Below are positions 31,201-40,358 of a stretch of DNA of 64,000 nucleotides, one piece after another; within the stretch, counting starts at the first letter, position 1, and the number at the start of each line of letters is the position of its first letter. The stretch is from an uncultured Poribacteria bacterium (lineage in GTDB: Bacteria; Poribacteria; WGA-4E; WGA-3G). A program made the translations under genes and the position numbers. A model generated the notes under the pieces. The model saw only the letters and a program-made list of their open reading frames with translations, was not told where the DNA came from and ran no database searches. Location: positions 4,576,001-4,640,000 of the forward strand of contig CATQHZ020000001.1 of NCBI GenBank assembly GCA_958296135.2. Reading direction: 5' to 3'.

Positions 31201-34200
31201 ATCGCACAGCGCATCCAGCAGCCGTAATGGTGCAATACATGGATGCTAGCGGCGCATGGCAAAACATTGGCGAACTCGACCTGGGTGGTGTCGCTGCGGG
31301 TGACACACTGGAGGTAAGTTGGAACGTCACAGATTTTGACGCGCTTGTCGGTGCAGGCAACAGCGTGATGGTGCGGGCAATCGCAGCTAACGCGCTTGGC
31401 CTCGCAGACCCCGAGCCGGTATCGGCACAGATGATGTTGGACGCGGGTATCTGCCCGGTTGTGCCGGAAGTCTTGACGATTACCGTTAATCCTGCAGGAA
31501 CAACCAATCCGGATAGTGGCGCACCGCAAGGCATGCTCACTGTGAACGCAGCTACGCCGGAACGCACCACTTCTCCGATTACTTCCGTGCGGTTTGAGGC
31601 CAAACGGGGCAGTGACACGGCATGGAAAACCCTCGGGCCTGGTACTTCAGACACTCCCCAACAATGGAGCATTTCGGTTGATACTACCACATTGGAAGAC
31701 AGCATCACGGCGAGTAGTCCTGCCGCACGCGATGTCTCTAGAGATAGTAACGCCTATACCGTGCGTGCGATCGCCGTCGCAAACGGGACTGACTATGCGT
31801 CGGCGGCTACCGCAACATTCTCAGTAGACAATGTTGATGATGTTGCGCCGTTAGGGCCAACTGTTATCTTCTTAGTCGAGGATAGTGCCGGTGTCATCGC
31901 AGCGGATGGTAGTGGGGCCTACAAGGTGGGTGGCATCGTTGATGACTCAGTGGCATCACCTGTCGCCACGTTTACCATCCAACCGACAGCCGACGACGAC
32001 ACATATGCCTCGGTGAAACTGGTGCAAACCGCAGCGGATGGCACCACCACCGAAATCGCGGGGAAAGCCGGCGAACTGAAACTCACGGTGGATGCCGGCG
32101 CGTTAGAAAACGCGCAGTATAGCTTCCAAGCCCTAGCGGTGGATGCTGCTGGCAATGTCGAAGATACTGCTTCTACCACAAGCACTGTTGTCAATGTTGC
32201 TAACTTCCGGGTAGAGGACATCAGTGACACCGCAGTGACAGCTGTTGATGGCGTGAACGTCGAGAATCCGGCAGAACCTATTCCCGCGCGCGACTCTGTC
32301 ACGGTGAGTTTCACGGTGGCCAACGGCACCGTCGCAGTTGAGGAACTGAGCGCAACTATCAACGGCAATGCAGCAGCAAGCCAAACGGCAGAAGGACCGG
32401 AAAATACCTTCGCTGTAAAGGTAGATGTTTCGGAACTCACCGAGGGCACCTATACGCTCCAAGGCGTAGTAACCCAACGCAATGGGTCAGTATCCTTTGA
32501 TCTATCTACAATTACGGCAGCGTTTGAAGTCTTGGCACTTACCGTAGATCCTGCGGCAACAACGAATCCAGACAGTGGCGCACCGCAAGGCATGCTCACC
32601 GTCAATGGATATACGTCGCAACGCGCCACCTCGGAAACCACCGCCATGCGGTTTGAAGCAAAGCGGAGCGGAGACACCGACTGGAAAGTCATCAACACTA
32701 CAGATGAAAGCACCTCTGTGGCCGTGGAAGGACAGGAACTCGTCGGCATTATCGAAGACCTGGTAGGCATTGCAGCCAGCGGGAAAGAGGAAGTGCCGAT
32801 TGCTACCACCTTCCGGAAATGGACAGCGTCGGTTGACACAACGGAATTGGAAGACACTATCACCGCGGATAGCCCCGCTGCACGCGACGTATCCAAGGAT
32901 GATAACACCTATATGGTACGCGCTGTGCTGATTGTCAATGGCGCGGAAATCCCATCACCCGCGGGTGTCACGGCGACATTCTCTGTCGACAACGTCGATG
33001 ATGTTGCGCCGTTAGGGCCAACTGCTATTTTCTTAGTCGAGGATAGTGCCGGTGTCATCGCACCGGATGGTAGTGGGGCCTACAAGGTGGGTGGCATCGT
33101 TGATGACTCAGTGGCATCACCTGTCGCCACGTTTACCATCCAACCGACAGCCGCGCCCAATACGTATGCCTCGGTGAAACTGGTGCAAACCGCAGCAGAT
33201 GGCACCACCACCGAAATCGCGGGCGAAGCCGGTGAACTGAAAATTACGGTGGATGCCGGCACATTGGAAAACGCGCAGTATAGTTTCTACGCCCTAGCCG
33301 TGGATGCTGCCGGCAATGTCGAAGATACTGCTTCTACCACAAGCACTGTTGTCAACGTTGCTAACTTCCGAGTGGAGGACATCAGTGACACCGCAGTGAC
33401 GGCTGTTGATGGCGTAAGCGTCGAGAATCCGGCAGAACCCATTCTCGTGCGAGACGCTGTCACGGTGCGTTTCACGGTAGCCAACGGCACCGTCGCAGCC
33501 GAGGAACTGAGCGCAACTATCAACGGCAATGCAGCAGCAAGCCAAACAGCAGAAGGACCGGAAAATACCTTCTCGTTGACGGTAGATGTCTCAGAACTGC
33601 CCGATGGCAAGTATACCCCCCACGGTGTTGTTACGCAACGCAATGGCGCGGTATCCTTTGAATTGGTACCCATTACGGTAGCCCCGCAAATCGAGGCCAT
33701 TACGGTTGACGCTGCGGCAACAACGAATCCAGACAGCGGCGCACCGCAAGGCGTGCTCACCGTCAATGGATATACGTCGCAACGCGCCACCTCGGAAACC
33801 ACCGCCATGCGGTTTGAAGCAAAGCGGAGCGGAGACACCGACTGGAAAGTCATCAACACTACAGATGAAAGCGCCTCTGTGGCCGTGGAAGGACAGGAAC
33901 TCGTCGGCATTATCAAAGACCTGGCAGGCGTTGCAGCCAGCGGGAAAGAGGAAGTGCCGATTGCTACCACCTTCCGGAAATGGACAGCGTCGGTTGACAC
34001 AACGGAATTGGAAGACACTATCACCGCGGATAGCCCCGCTGCACGCGACGTATCCAAGGATGATAACACCTATATGGTACGCGCTGTGCTGATTGTCAAT
34101 GGCGCGGAAATCCCATCACCCGCGGGTGTCACGGCGACATTCTCTGTCGACAACGTCGATGATGTTGCACCCGTCGGACCGACTGTCATTCTCTTAATTG

Positions 34201-36713
34201 AGGATGCCGCCGGTGAGATTATCCCAGATGAAAATGGTGCCTATACGGTAGGTGGCATCGTTGACGACTCGGTGGAGTCACCTGTCGCCACGTTTACCAT
34301 CCAACCGACAGCCGACGACGACACGTATGCGTCGGTGAAGTTGGTGCAAACCGCAGCGGATGGCACCACCACCGAAATCGCGGGTGAAGCCGGTGAACTG
34401 AAACTCACGGTGGATGCCGGCGCGTTAGAAAACGCAGCGTATAGCTTCCACGCCCTAGCGGTGGATGCTGCCGGCAACGTGCAGACAGATGAATCGCCCA
34501 CAACCACTGTCAACGTCATCAACTTCCGATTGGCTGACATCAGTGAACTGGCAGTAACAGCTGTTGACGGTGAACCTGTGGCGGAACCGCCTGCAGAACC
34601 GATTCCACTCACAACGTCAGTAACGGTTAACTTCACAGTTGCAAACGGCTCACTGAGCCTAGAAGATGTGACAGGAGCAACTGTTAATGGCAGTGAAATG
34701 CCACTCGAAACTGCGGAAGACCCGGAGAATACCTTCGCATTGACGGTAGATGTGTCCGGATTGCCCGACGGGCTCTATACACCCGCCGGTGTCATCACCC
34801 AACGGAACGGTTCAGTCTCCTTCCCGCTTTCCGCGAGTGAAGCGATGATTAACGTGGATAACACCGCGCCGATGGTAACACTCGAGGCTCCGTTAGCTGG
34901 ACATACGATTGATAGTCTGCCTACCGTCCTCGCTAAATATGACGATGGCGCAGGCAGCGGTGTTGACGGAACTACCGGTAGCGTGGCATTGATGCGCATC
35001 CGGCCAAACGATGCCGAAGATGAAGTCGTTGACGTAGAACCGACAGCGATTGAGAAAAACGGGACCGAGTTAGTCTACACCCGCAGTGAACAACTGCCCG
35101 GTGGGGCATATCGTGTCGTCGTGGAAGTCGCCGATATCCTCGGAAACGTCGGTGAGGCTTCGGTTGAATTCGCCATCAGTGGCACAATTCCCACAGTCGC
35201 GATTCAGGCACCTCTCTCTGGGCAAACGTTTGAGCATGGCACACCGCTTATCAGTGGCGAATTTTCTGGTGCCGGTACGTTGACGGTAACGACATTTACC
35301 GTTGACGGTGCGGACGCAACGCCAGTGATAGACGGAAACCGATTCTCTTACACGCCTGCAGATGCGTTGGCCGATGGCGAGCACACCGTCGCTGTTGTCG
35401 TCACGGATAGCAACGGCAAAACGGCGCAAACATCTGTCACCTTCATGGTGGAAATGCCGAAAGATACGACACCGCCTGTCATCTCCGAAGCAGCACCTTC
35501 TGGGCTAATCAAGGGTGACAGCTGGGTGACTATCTCCGCCGTTGTAACAGACGAGCAATCGGATGTCGTCACCGTGCGGTTCGGTATAGACGATAAACCG
35601 CTTCGCTCCGTGCCTCGCGCGCAAATCGCTGAAGGACGTATTAACGTCGCTGACAGTTTCACGCCAGGGACGCACGCGCTCAAAGTGGTTGCAATCAGCG
35701 AAGGTGGCACAACGGAACATTCGTGGACGTTCACGCTCGTCGTTGATAACGTCGCACCGACAATCACCTCCATTACGCCATCCGGCACTGTCCGCGCTGG
35801 ACTCCCGACAATATCGGCGAGTGCCAACGACGAATCCGGCGTTGACGAAATGTCTATCGTCGTGATGGATAGCAATGGCAAAGAGGTAAAAGGCAACGAC
35901 GAAGACGATGGAGAAGACGATGTCGAAGGCATCACCCGCATCGACTTCATGCCAGAGAATCCTCTTGATGAGGGGACTTATACGATTGAAGTGCGGGCAA
36001 CGGATACCATCGGAAATTCCGCGACAGCAAAGGGAACTTTCACCGTTGATTTCGACACGGCTGCCCCAGTCATCACGATGTCATCCCCACAGCAGGATGC
36101 ACGCTTGACCGAACGCCGGCCGACGATTACAATCACCTTCGCCGATGCCGAATCCGGGGTGGATGCCGATTCCATCAGATTCGTCGTCGACGATCAGCTG
36201 ATTAACCTCGCACCGCAGCAGAAGTCAGCGTCACAGGTGGTTTATGTCTCACCGACTGACATGGCTTTCGGCAAGCATAATGTTAAACTAGAAGTGTCTG
36301 ACATGGCGCACAAAGAAGGCAACGTCTCCGATAAGAACAGCGATGCCCGAAAGGCGAACATGGCAGTCCACGAGTTTAGCTTCTTTGTTGAGAGCGAGGA
36401 AGGGCCCGTCTTGGCAGCCCGTCCGATTAATGCTCCTAACCCGTTCCAGGAGAATACTCGGATTTCCTTCACGCTGACCCGGCAATCCACGGTGAGCATT
36501 GTCATTTACGACATGACGCTCCGGCCAGTTCGAGTGCTGGTGGACAACGAGGTCTGGGATGCAGGCGAGTATATTGGCAAGAATGCAATCGGTTGGGACG
36601 GAACAACAACCGGTGGCGAAGACTTAGCTCGGGGCATCTACTTCTGCCAGATTCTGGTGGCAGACGGGTTTGAGCCGGAATACGCTATTCTGAAGCTCGC
36701 CCTGACGCGCTAA
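28206..36713 (+). CDS. Giant secreted repeat protein (2835 aa): helical repeats, Pro-rich linkers, Ig-like repeats, T9SS/FlgD-like C-terminal domain
   Basis: Signal peptide; VEPP linkers; repeated VDN(T)APx Ig-like modules; C-terminal NAPNPF...IYD...WDG...GIYF. Confidence 0.85.
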   Translation: MKKRTFVCFLIFTLCVFHSSLPGTVFGQDASLAEQVLEKYSATLQREDIQEILPDVLEGLKAPNIQALLTPQTITLVVTQPDLLTQFVPGIDPAFVTLLKEDAELRTMLQDAQVQELLTKPAAIDELATALNVVEPPPVVEPPVVAPPVEMPSLAQQVFDAHSATLMRADIQAVLPAVLTALKAPEIQAQLNPAIIGAAIANPDLLAAVGVEQPFIDLLKTDAELQTMLGDMQVQALLQDTAAIDELAALLNVGEPPVVEPPVEPPVVEPPVEPPVEPPVEPPVVEPPVVAPPPVAPPAESADPFAPITPANASILGKSRLGGLELNKFSGRQFVTELLEAIGITPPLLQAAGYTQDGLIEAILTQVPKGYLPKKQIKQVLASKHIKYFDEEIDGQDLGQQLDYENFGNAITPRILELAYGNEPNRKYATSDHLNVYARVPSANVGGVEFSLTDGRTVKAQQISPAIFGADTFPYTFHLEETLAATNLPAWPGLSTQLFSNVVLRYSQTGLNGDYIAVDMQPMTGADGGVVWETEIGVTAGSTYYYFEVTLAEPVTLEVLDREKIAAIVQNVLAGNTVSMAEVLHATKSYTIEKWAMPDPRNLQLADRGIIDGLFTAELQSALLPMLLEIGNNPTGQHIANVLEKHQWKLLKIFQKNANALTTQFENAFDPMLSSVFSIPQIDPATESIWAASIDAIADGNYYLGAIVHDAAGNPLDQMQGEFTVDTSAPEADIQITPGANATGYMNEAGVYVATAPTAGTTATLNITGMPKVADVAPGEGYLFYQEIQLDADGMPQSAWMPLTVDATMLASRIWDETLAQLDRQGAIPKQFSFIQGVPFEQILALLTPGLVQQYANPFLKTLEPQIGKVQLSEEDSQSLLDILGATLDLINSIPITYGEPNNTVTMAIQGEQMPLLLGDYGVRAMGIDTLFNISAHTAPTHIRIVAPEYDTAAITLAVIGDCNGDGDTDDPGESGAVGDMTIFANTTANVMLTISVGNRTAHPAAVMVQYMDASGAWQNIGELDLGGVAAGDTLEVSWNVTDFDALVGAGNSVMVRAIAANALGLADPEPVSAQMMLDAGICPVVPEVLTITVNPAGTTNPDSGAPQGMLTVNAATPERTTSPITSVRFEAKRGSDTAWKTLGPGTSDTPQQWSISVDTTTLEDSITASSPAARDVSRDSNAYTVRAIAVANGTDYASAATATFSVDNVDDVAPLGPTVIFLVEDSAGVIAADGSGAYKVGGIVDDSVASPVATFTIQPTADDDTYASVKLVQTAADGTTTEIAGKAGELKLTVDAGALENAQYSFQALAVDAAGNVEDTASTTSTVVNVANFRVEDISDTAVTAVDGVNVENPAEPIPARDSVTVSFTVANGTVAVEELSATINGNAAASQTAEGPENTFAVKVDVSELTEGTYTLQGVVTQRNGSVSFDLSTITAAFEVLALTVDPAATTNPDSGAPQGMLTVNGYTSQRATSETTAMRFEAKRSGDTDWKVINTTDESTSVAVEGQELVGIIEDLVGIAASGKEEVPIATTFRKWTASVDTTELEDTITADSPAARDVSKDDNTYMVRAVLIVNGAEIPSPAGVTATFSVDNVDDVAPLGPTAIFLVEDSAGVIAPDGSGAYKVGGIVDDSVASPVATFTIQPTAAPNTYASVKLVQTAADGTTTEIAGEAGELKITVDAGTLENAQYSFYALAVDAAGNVEDTASTTSTVVNVANFRVEDISDTAVTAVDGVSVENPAEPILVRDAVTVRFTVANGTVAAEELSATINGNAAASQTAEGPENTFSLTVDVSELPDGKYTPHGVVTQRNGAVSFELVPITVAPQIEAITVDAAATTNPDSGAPQGVLTVNGYTSQRATSETTAMRFEAKRSGDTDWKVINTTDESASVAVEGQELVGIIKDLAGVAASGKEEVPIATTFRKWTASVDTTELEDTITADSPAARDVSKDDNTYMVRAVLIVNGAEIPSPAGVTATFSVDNVDDVAPVGPTVILLIEDAAGEIIPDENGAYTVGGIVDDSVESPVATFTIQPTADDDTYASVKLVQTAADGTTTEIAGEAGELKLTVDAGALENAAYSFHALAVDAAGNVQTDESPTTTVNVINFRLADISELAVTAVDGEPVAEPPAEPIPLTTSVTVNFTVANGSLSLEDVTGATVNGSEMPLETAEDPENTFALTVDVSGLPDGLYTPAGVITQRNGSVSFPLSASEAMINVDNTAPMVTLEAPLAGHTIDSLPTVLAKYDDGAGSGVDGTTGSVALMRIRPNDAEDEVVDVEPTAIEKNGTELVYTRSEQLPGGAYRVVVEVADILGNVGEASVEFAISGTIPTVAIQAPLSGQTFEHGTPLISGEFSGAGTLTVTTFTVDGADATPVIDGNRFSYTPADALADGEHTVAVVVTDSNGKTAQTSVTFMVEMPKDTTPPVISEAAPSGLIKGDSWVTISAVVTDEQSDVVTVRFGIDDKPLRSVPRAQIAEGRINVADSFTPGTHALKVVAISEGGTTEHSWTFTLVVDNVAPTITSITPSGTVRAGLPTISASANDESGVDEMSIVVMDSNGKEVKGNDEDDGEDDVEGITRIDFMPENPLDEGTYTIEVRATDTIGNSATAKGTFTVDFDTAAPVITMSSPQQDARLTERRPTITITFADAESGVDADSIRFVVDDQLINLAPQQKSASQVVYVSPTDMAFGKHNVKLEVSDMAHKEGNVSDKNSDARKANMAVHEFSFFVESEEGPVLAARPINAPNPFQENTRISFTLTRQSTVSIVIYDMTLRPVRVLVDNEVWDAGEYIGKNAIGWDGTTTGGEDLARGIYFCQILVADGFEPEYAILKLALTR
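31830..34490 (+). repeat. Intragenic near-identical tandem repeat, period 1161 bp (387 aa)
   Basis: For example 31839 vs 33000 and 32561 vs 33722 are both offset by 1161. Confidence 0.9.
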
Positions 36714-36819
36714 GCAAATAGGTGTCTACCTAATCGGGGAGTCAACGGGCACCCGTTCACTCCCCGATGTGGACGCTGAAGGACTCGCGACCGGCAGGTC
36801 GCGCCTACAGGAGGATATA

Positions 36820-37809
36820 ATGTCTATAACAAAGCAAATTGCGAGATGGGGCAAGCAGTGCCCTACATTGCTATGCGGTTTAATACCCGTTTTGTTTCTT
36901 ATCCTAGCCGTGTCACCGGTCAGTTTCGCTGGCGTGAATGCGATGCCGCACTTGAAGTTAGGTGCGGGGGCACGTTCCATTGGCTTGGGCGGTGCCTTCA
37001 CGGCGATTGCCGATGATGCAACAGCCACCGTTTGGAATCCAGCAGGCCTCGGTGCTGGGCAGGATAGCCTCAACTTTTCTACCCAGCGGCTCTCCCTGGA
37101 TAGGACTCATAACTTTCTCGCCGTAACGAAATCCCTCGGCAGTGGCGCGCTCGGACTCGCCGTGACAAACGCCGGCGTGAGCGGTATCGCGCAATACGAT
37201 AAAAATGAACGATACGGCGGCGAATTCAACTACAGCGCAAACGCGTACTCCCTCTCTTACGGCCACGGATTTGGCCACTTCAACATTGGACTCAGTGCCC
37301 GGATGCTGATGGACAACTTCGGCACAGAAGGTGTTGAGAACCAAAGCGGTTTCGGCGGTGTTGATGTCGGGTTGATGGGACACGCACTTGCCATTGACGT
37401 GGGGGAAGAGCAGGTGCCAACGTTCCATTATGGACTCGTTGCGAAATACCTCGGCGCATCCCTCGGTGATGACACAGTGCCAATGGTTATCAACCTGGGC
37501 GTAGCCTATGACCTCTACATGGGCAACGTTGTCACCTTCGCAGCCGATCTTGAACACGAAATGGTGGCCCTCGATGAGAGCACCACCGGCATCCGCCTCG
37601 GTGCTGAATACACGATTGTCACCTACAAATCCACGGCGTTTTCCCTCCGCGGCGGTGTCAGAGCCACGCGCGACGTGCAGAACCTCTTCGGCGGATTTGG
37701 CGTGAACATCGGCGGCTTACAGATTGACTACGCTATCCAAGATGGCATGGCGAGCGAAATCAACGGAGTCGGAACAACGCACTTTGCGTCCCTCTCTTAT
37801 AGTTTCTAG
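36820..37809 (+). CDS. PorV/PorQ-like (UPF0164) outer-membrane beta-barrel
   Basis: GARSIGLGGAFTAIADDATATVWNPAGL signature; C-terminal beta signal ASLSYSF; GGAGG RBS. Confidence 0.85.
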   Translation: MSITKQIARWGKQCPTLLCGLIPVLFLILAVSPVSFAGVNAMPHLKLGAGARSIGLGGAFTAIADDATATVWNPAGLGAGQDSLNFSTQRLSLDRTHNFLAVTKSLGSGALGLAVTNAGVSGIAQYDKNERYGGEFNYSANAYSLSYGHGFGHFNIGLSARMLMDNFGTEGVENQSGFGGVDVGLMGHALAIDVGEEQVPTFHYGLVAKYLGASLGDDTVPMVINLGVAYDLYMGNVVTFAADLEHEMVALDESTTGIRLGAEYTIVTYKSTAFSLRGGVRATRDVQNLFGGFGVNIGGLQIDYAIQDGMASEINGVGTTHFASLSYSF

Positions 37810-37884
37810 TAGACAAACGGAACGTATGCACCGGTAGGCGCGCTTTGGAAGCGCGCACGGTTGCATAAGTCCTGAAGGAGAAAC

Positions 37885-38751
37885 ATGATGAAAATGATAA
37901 GAGCCACGCTGAAGTTGGCACTGGTTCTCTATATTTGCGCAGCACTCAGTGGCGTTTACGTGTTATCCGCCTCCGCCAGAATCACACCGCACACAGGCGA
38001 CGAAGATACCATGTTAATCACCATTGAGAAGGGTGACACGCTCTGGCACCTCTGCCAAGAGCATCTGAAGGACCCGCTCCGCTGGCGCGAACTGAGCAAG
38101 TATAACGATTTCACGAATCCGCACCTCATCTACCCGGGCGAAGAACTCCGCATTCCGGTAGCGATGGCCAAAGAGATAGTTCAGGCGGAAGAGGAAGATG
38201 TCGTGATGCAGCAGGAGGAGCTCGAGCAACTTCGTGCGGAGTTGGCAGAGTCCGAAGCGACGCGCGAGAAACTGATGGCGGAAATCGAAGGGCTCAACGA
38301 GAATATGGAGGAACTCAAAGGCGAACTCAAGGCACTTGAGGAAAACCTGAAATCACAAGAGAATCTGATGGAAGCGGTGAATGAATCCGCAGACGAACTC
38401 GGTTCTCACGTGAAAGAGGCACTTGAAGCCAACAAAGCCGCTATCAAGGCGAAACTCGCACACCTTGACGAGCATCTCGAAGCGTTAGGGGAGATGCTTG
38501 AAAAGCGCAAAATGAGCGCAGCAGCAACCCACAAACTTATTGAAGAAATTCAAGGGAATGTGGCGATGTCTTTGGAACAGATTGAGATGAGCCAAAAGGG
38601 CATCGCCGAAATGAAAATGATGCTCAAGGACGCGAAAGGCGTGCATGAGGAAATGTCCTCAGGCAAACGGACTTTGGTGTTCCTGACAACGGCCGCGGCG
38701 GGAATCGGATGGCTCGCCATCAATCTCATTGGCGGACGCAGCGGCGAATAA
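37885..38751 (+). CDS. LysM domain, long coiled coil and C-terminal TM anchor
   Basis: IEKGDTLWHL...NPHLIYPGEELRIP; heptad E/K-rich region; TLVFLTTAAAGIGWLAINLI. Confidence 0.85.
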   Translation: MMKMIRATLKLALVLYICAALSGVYVLSASARITPHTGDEDTMLITIEKGDTLWHLCQEHLKDPLRWRELSKYNDFTNPHLIYPGEELRIPVAMAKEIVQAEEEDVVMQQEELEQLRAELAESEATREKLMAEIEGLNENMEELKGELKALEENLKSQENLMEAVNESADELGSHVKEALEANKAAIKAKLAHLDEHLEALGEMLEKRKMSAAATHKLIEEIQGNVAMSLEQIEMSQKGIAEMKMMLKDAKGVHEEMSSGKRTLVFLTTAAAGIGWLAINLIGGRSGE

Positions 38752-38850
38752 GAAACCTCTCCGTCGCACTCGGGAGCTCGTTCCTACCTCTATAAACAGG
38801 CCGTGCCTAACGGCACTGTTATCGGATGTCCATCTCGACTCCCCATTTAG

Positions 38851-38887
38851 GCAGGGAAGGTGTTTCAGACACCCTCCCTGCTTTTTT
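38851..38887 (+). terminator. Rho-independent terminator
   Basis: GCAGGGAAGGTGT-TTCAG-ACACCCTCCCTGC followed by TTTTTT. Confidence 0.8.
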
Positions 38888-38938
38888 ATAGTTTTCGTTA
38901 TTGCATGGTGTCTTATACAAGGATACCCGACAAAATTT

Positions 38939-39607
38939 ATGAAAACCTCAAGCGTCTGTCAATTCCCACACCTGCTCATCACGAAATCCATCCAACTCTA
39001 TGGCGATAGAGCCGGGAGCAAAGGAAATTTCAGGTTCGCCGGGCTCGCTTGGATACAGGGAGAAAAAACCGTTTTTATCCAAGGCGACGCACAGAATCTT
39101 GCGAAACCCGCCGAGTGGCTGCGTCTCCATCGACTCGCTACCCTCGCACACCGATTGAAGAAACCGATGGTTTTATGGAACCTGCCGATGGTTCGCGTTG
39201 CGACAGCGCACCCACCAGCCTCCTTAGCTCTCGCGCACGCAATTCAGAAGACTGAACTGCAACTGCTCAAACTGCCGCACCCTATCGTCACAGTTTTTGA
39301 TGGCACAGTCAAGTGGGATATGGCGGAACTCGCATGGAGAGATGGAGCGGTGCTGATGGCACCGGCGCGCGACAAGGGACAGGTTTCCTTCACCTTACGG
39401 GATGAAAGCACAGTTTCATCCATGCAGCCGAACCTGAAAATCGCCGCACACACAGACGAACTTCTGTCGCACCTTGCTGCGTTATTGCGGGACCTCTCCG
39501 CAATGCCTGCCACAAAATTGATTGCAAATCGGCATGAATCTCTGCGGAAAAATGCACGCGTGAACAGCGCACCTACCCAAACAGAACCAGGTGTTCAGAA
39601 TGTTTGA
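38939..39607 (+). CDS. Degenerate AccA-like (carboxyltransferase alpha) protein
   Basis: QLYGDRAG...AGLAWIQG, P..W.R..RL..LAHRLKKP, AIQK...LLKLPHPIVTV, LLRDLSAMP...LIANR align by eye to AccA; the GEGGSGGA and DTPGA motifs are absent. Confidence 0.55.
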   Translation: MKTSSVCQFPHLLITKSIQLYGDRAGSKGNFRFAGLAWIQGEKTVFIQGDAQNLAKPAEWLRLHRLATLAHRLKKPMVLWNLPMVRVATAHPPASLALAHAIQKTELQLLKLPHPIVTVFDGTVKWDMAELAWRDGAVLMAPARDKGQVSFTLRDESTVSSMQPNLKIAAHTDELLSHLAALLRDLSAMPATKLIANRHESLRKNARVNSAPTQTEPGVQNV

Positions 39608-40223
39608 AGCAAAATTGAGACCGCGGCTTGAGACAGCCCTCGCCGTTGTCGCAAACAAAATGGTTGCAATCGGCATCACGGCGAATATGGTGACGCTCTT
39701 CGGGTTCGTGGTGAACCTTATCGCAACCTTTTTCTTCGCAAAGGGATATCTTGTAACAGGGGGGATTCTCATGCTGCTCGGCGGAAGCTTTGATACGCTC
39801 GATGGAGCAGTCGCTCGGGCCCAGAACCGCCTCCGGCCATCAGGCGCGCTCCTCGATTCTGTCATCGACCGGTATTCGGAAGGCTTCCTCTTCCTCGGCG
39901 CGCTTATTTACTTCTACGGGTTAGAAAGCCTACTAGGGATAATCCTCGCGTTTGGCGCATGGTTCGGTTCAATTCTAGTGAGTTATGTGAGGGCCAGAGC
40001 CGAGGGACTCCAGATAACCTGCAAGGTGGGGTTCATGCAACGCCCAGAACGCATCATCCTTTTCGGGGCCGGCACGCTCCTGCAAGGCGTGCTTTGGCAT
40101 AAATTTCCCCCCCTCCAAGCGAATGGCATGATTCTGCTTTGCACGCTTGGCATCCTGACGCTCGCGTCGCATATCACCGCCATCCACCGGTTGATTTTTT
40201 CATTCCAAGAATTGGGCCGTTAG
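39600..40223 (+). CDS. CDP-alcohol phosphatidyltransferase (PI/PIP-synthase-like)
   Basis: DTLDGAVAR...GALLDSVIDR, SYVRARAEGL, RPER. Confidence 0.88.
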   Translation: MFEAKLRPRLETALAVVANKMVAIGITANMVTLFGFVVNLIATFFFAKGYLVTGGILMLLGGSFDTLDGAVARAQNRLRPSGALLDSVIDRYSEGFLFLGALIYFYGLESLLGIILAFGAWFGSILVSYVRARAEGLQITCKVGFMQRPERIILFGAGTLLQGVLWHKFPPLQANGMILLCTLGILTLASHITAIHRLIFSFQELGR

Positions 40224-40358
40224 CCGTAACGCAGCCCCGTAGCGCGAGGGCCCGGCAATCGCGAATCGCCGAGGGTTCCCCTCGCGAACTCTTAACCGAA
40301 ACGCATGGGCATGGCGAGGGACAGCCCTCGCCCTACAAGTGATGAACAGCATACGGAA

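Noticed and set aside
38729-38938. N-terminal extension of the AccA-like ORF
   Set aside because: It spans a REP and a terminator; ATG 38939 is more plausible.
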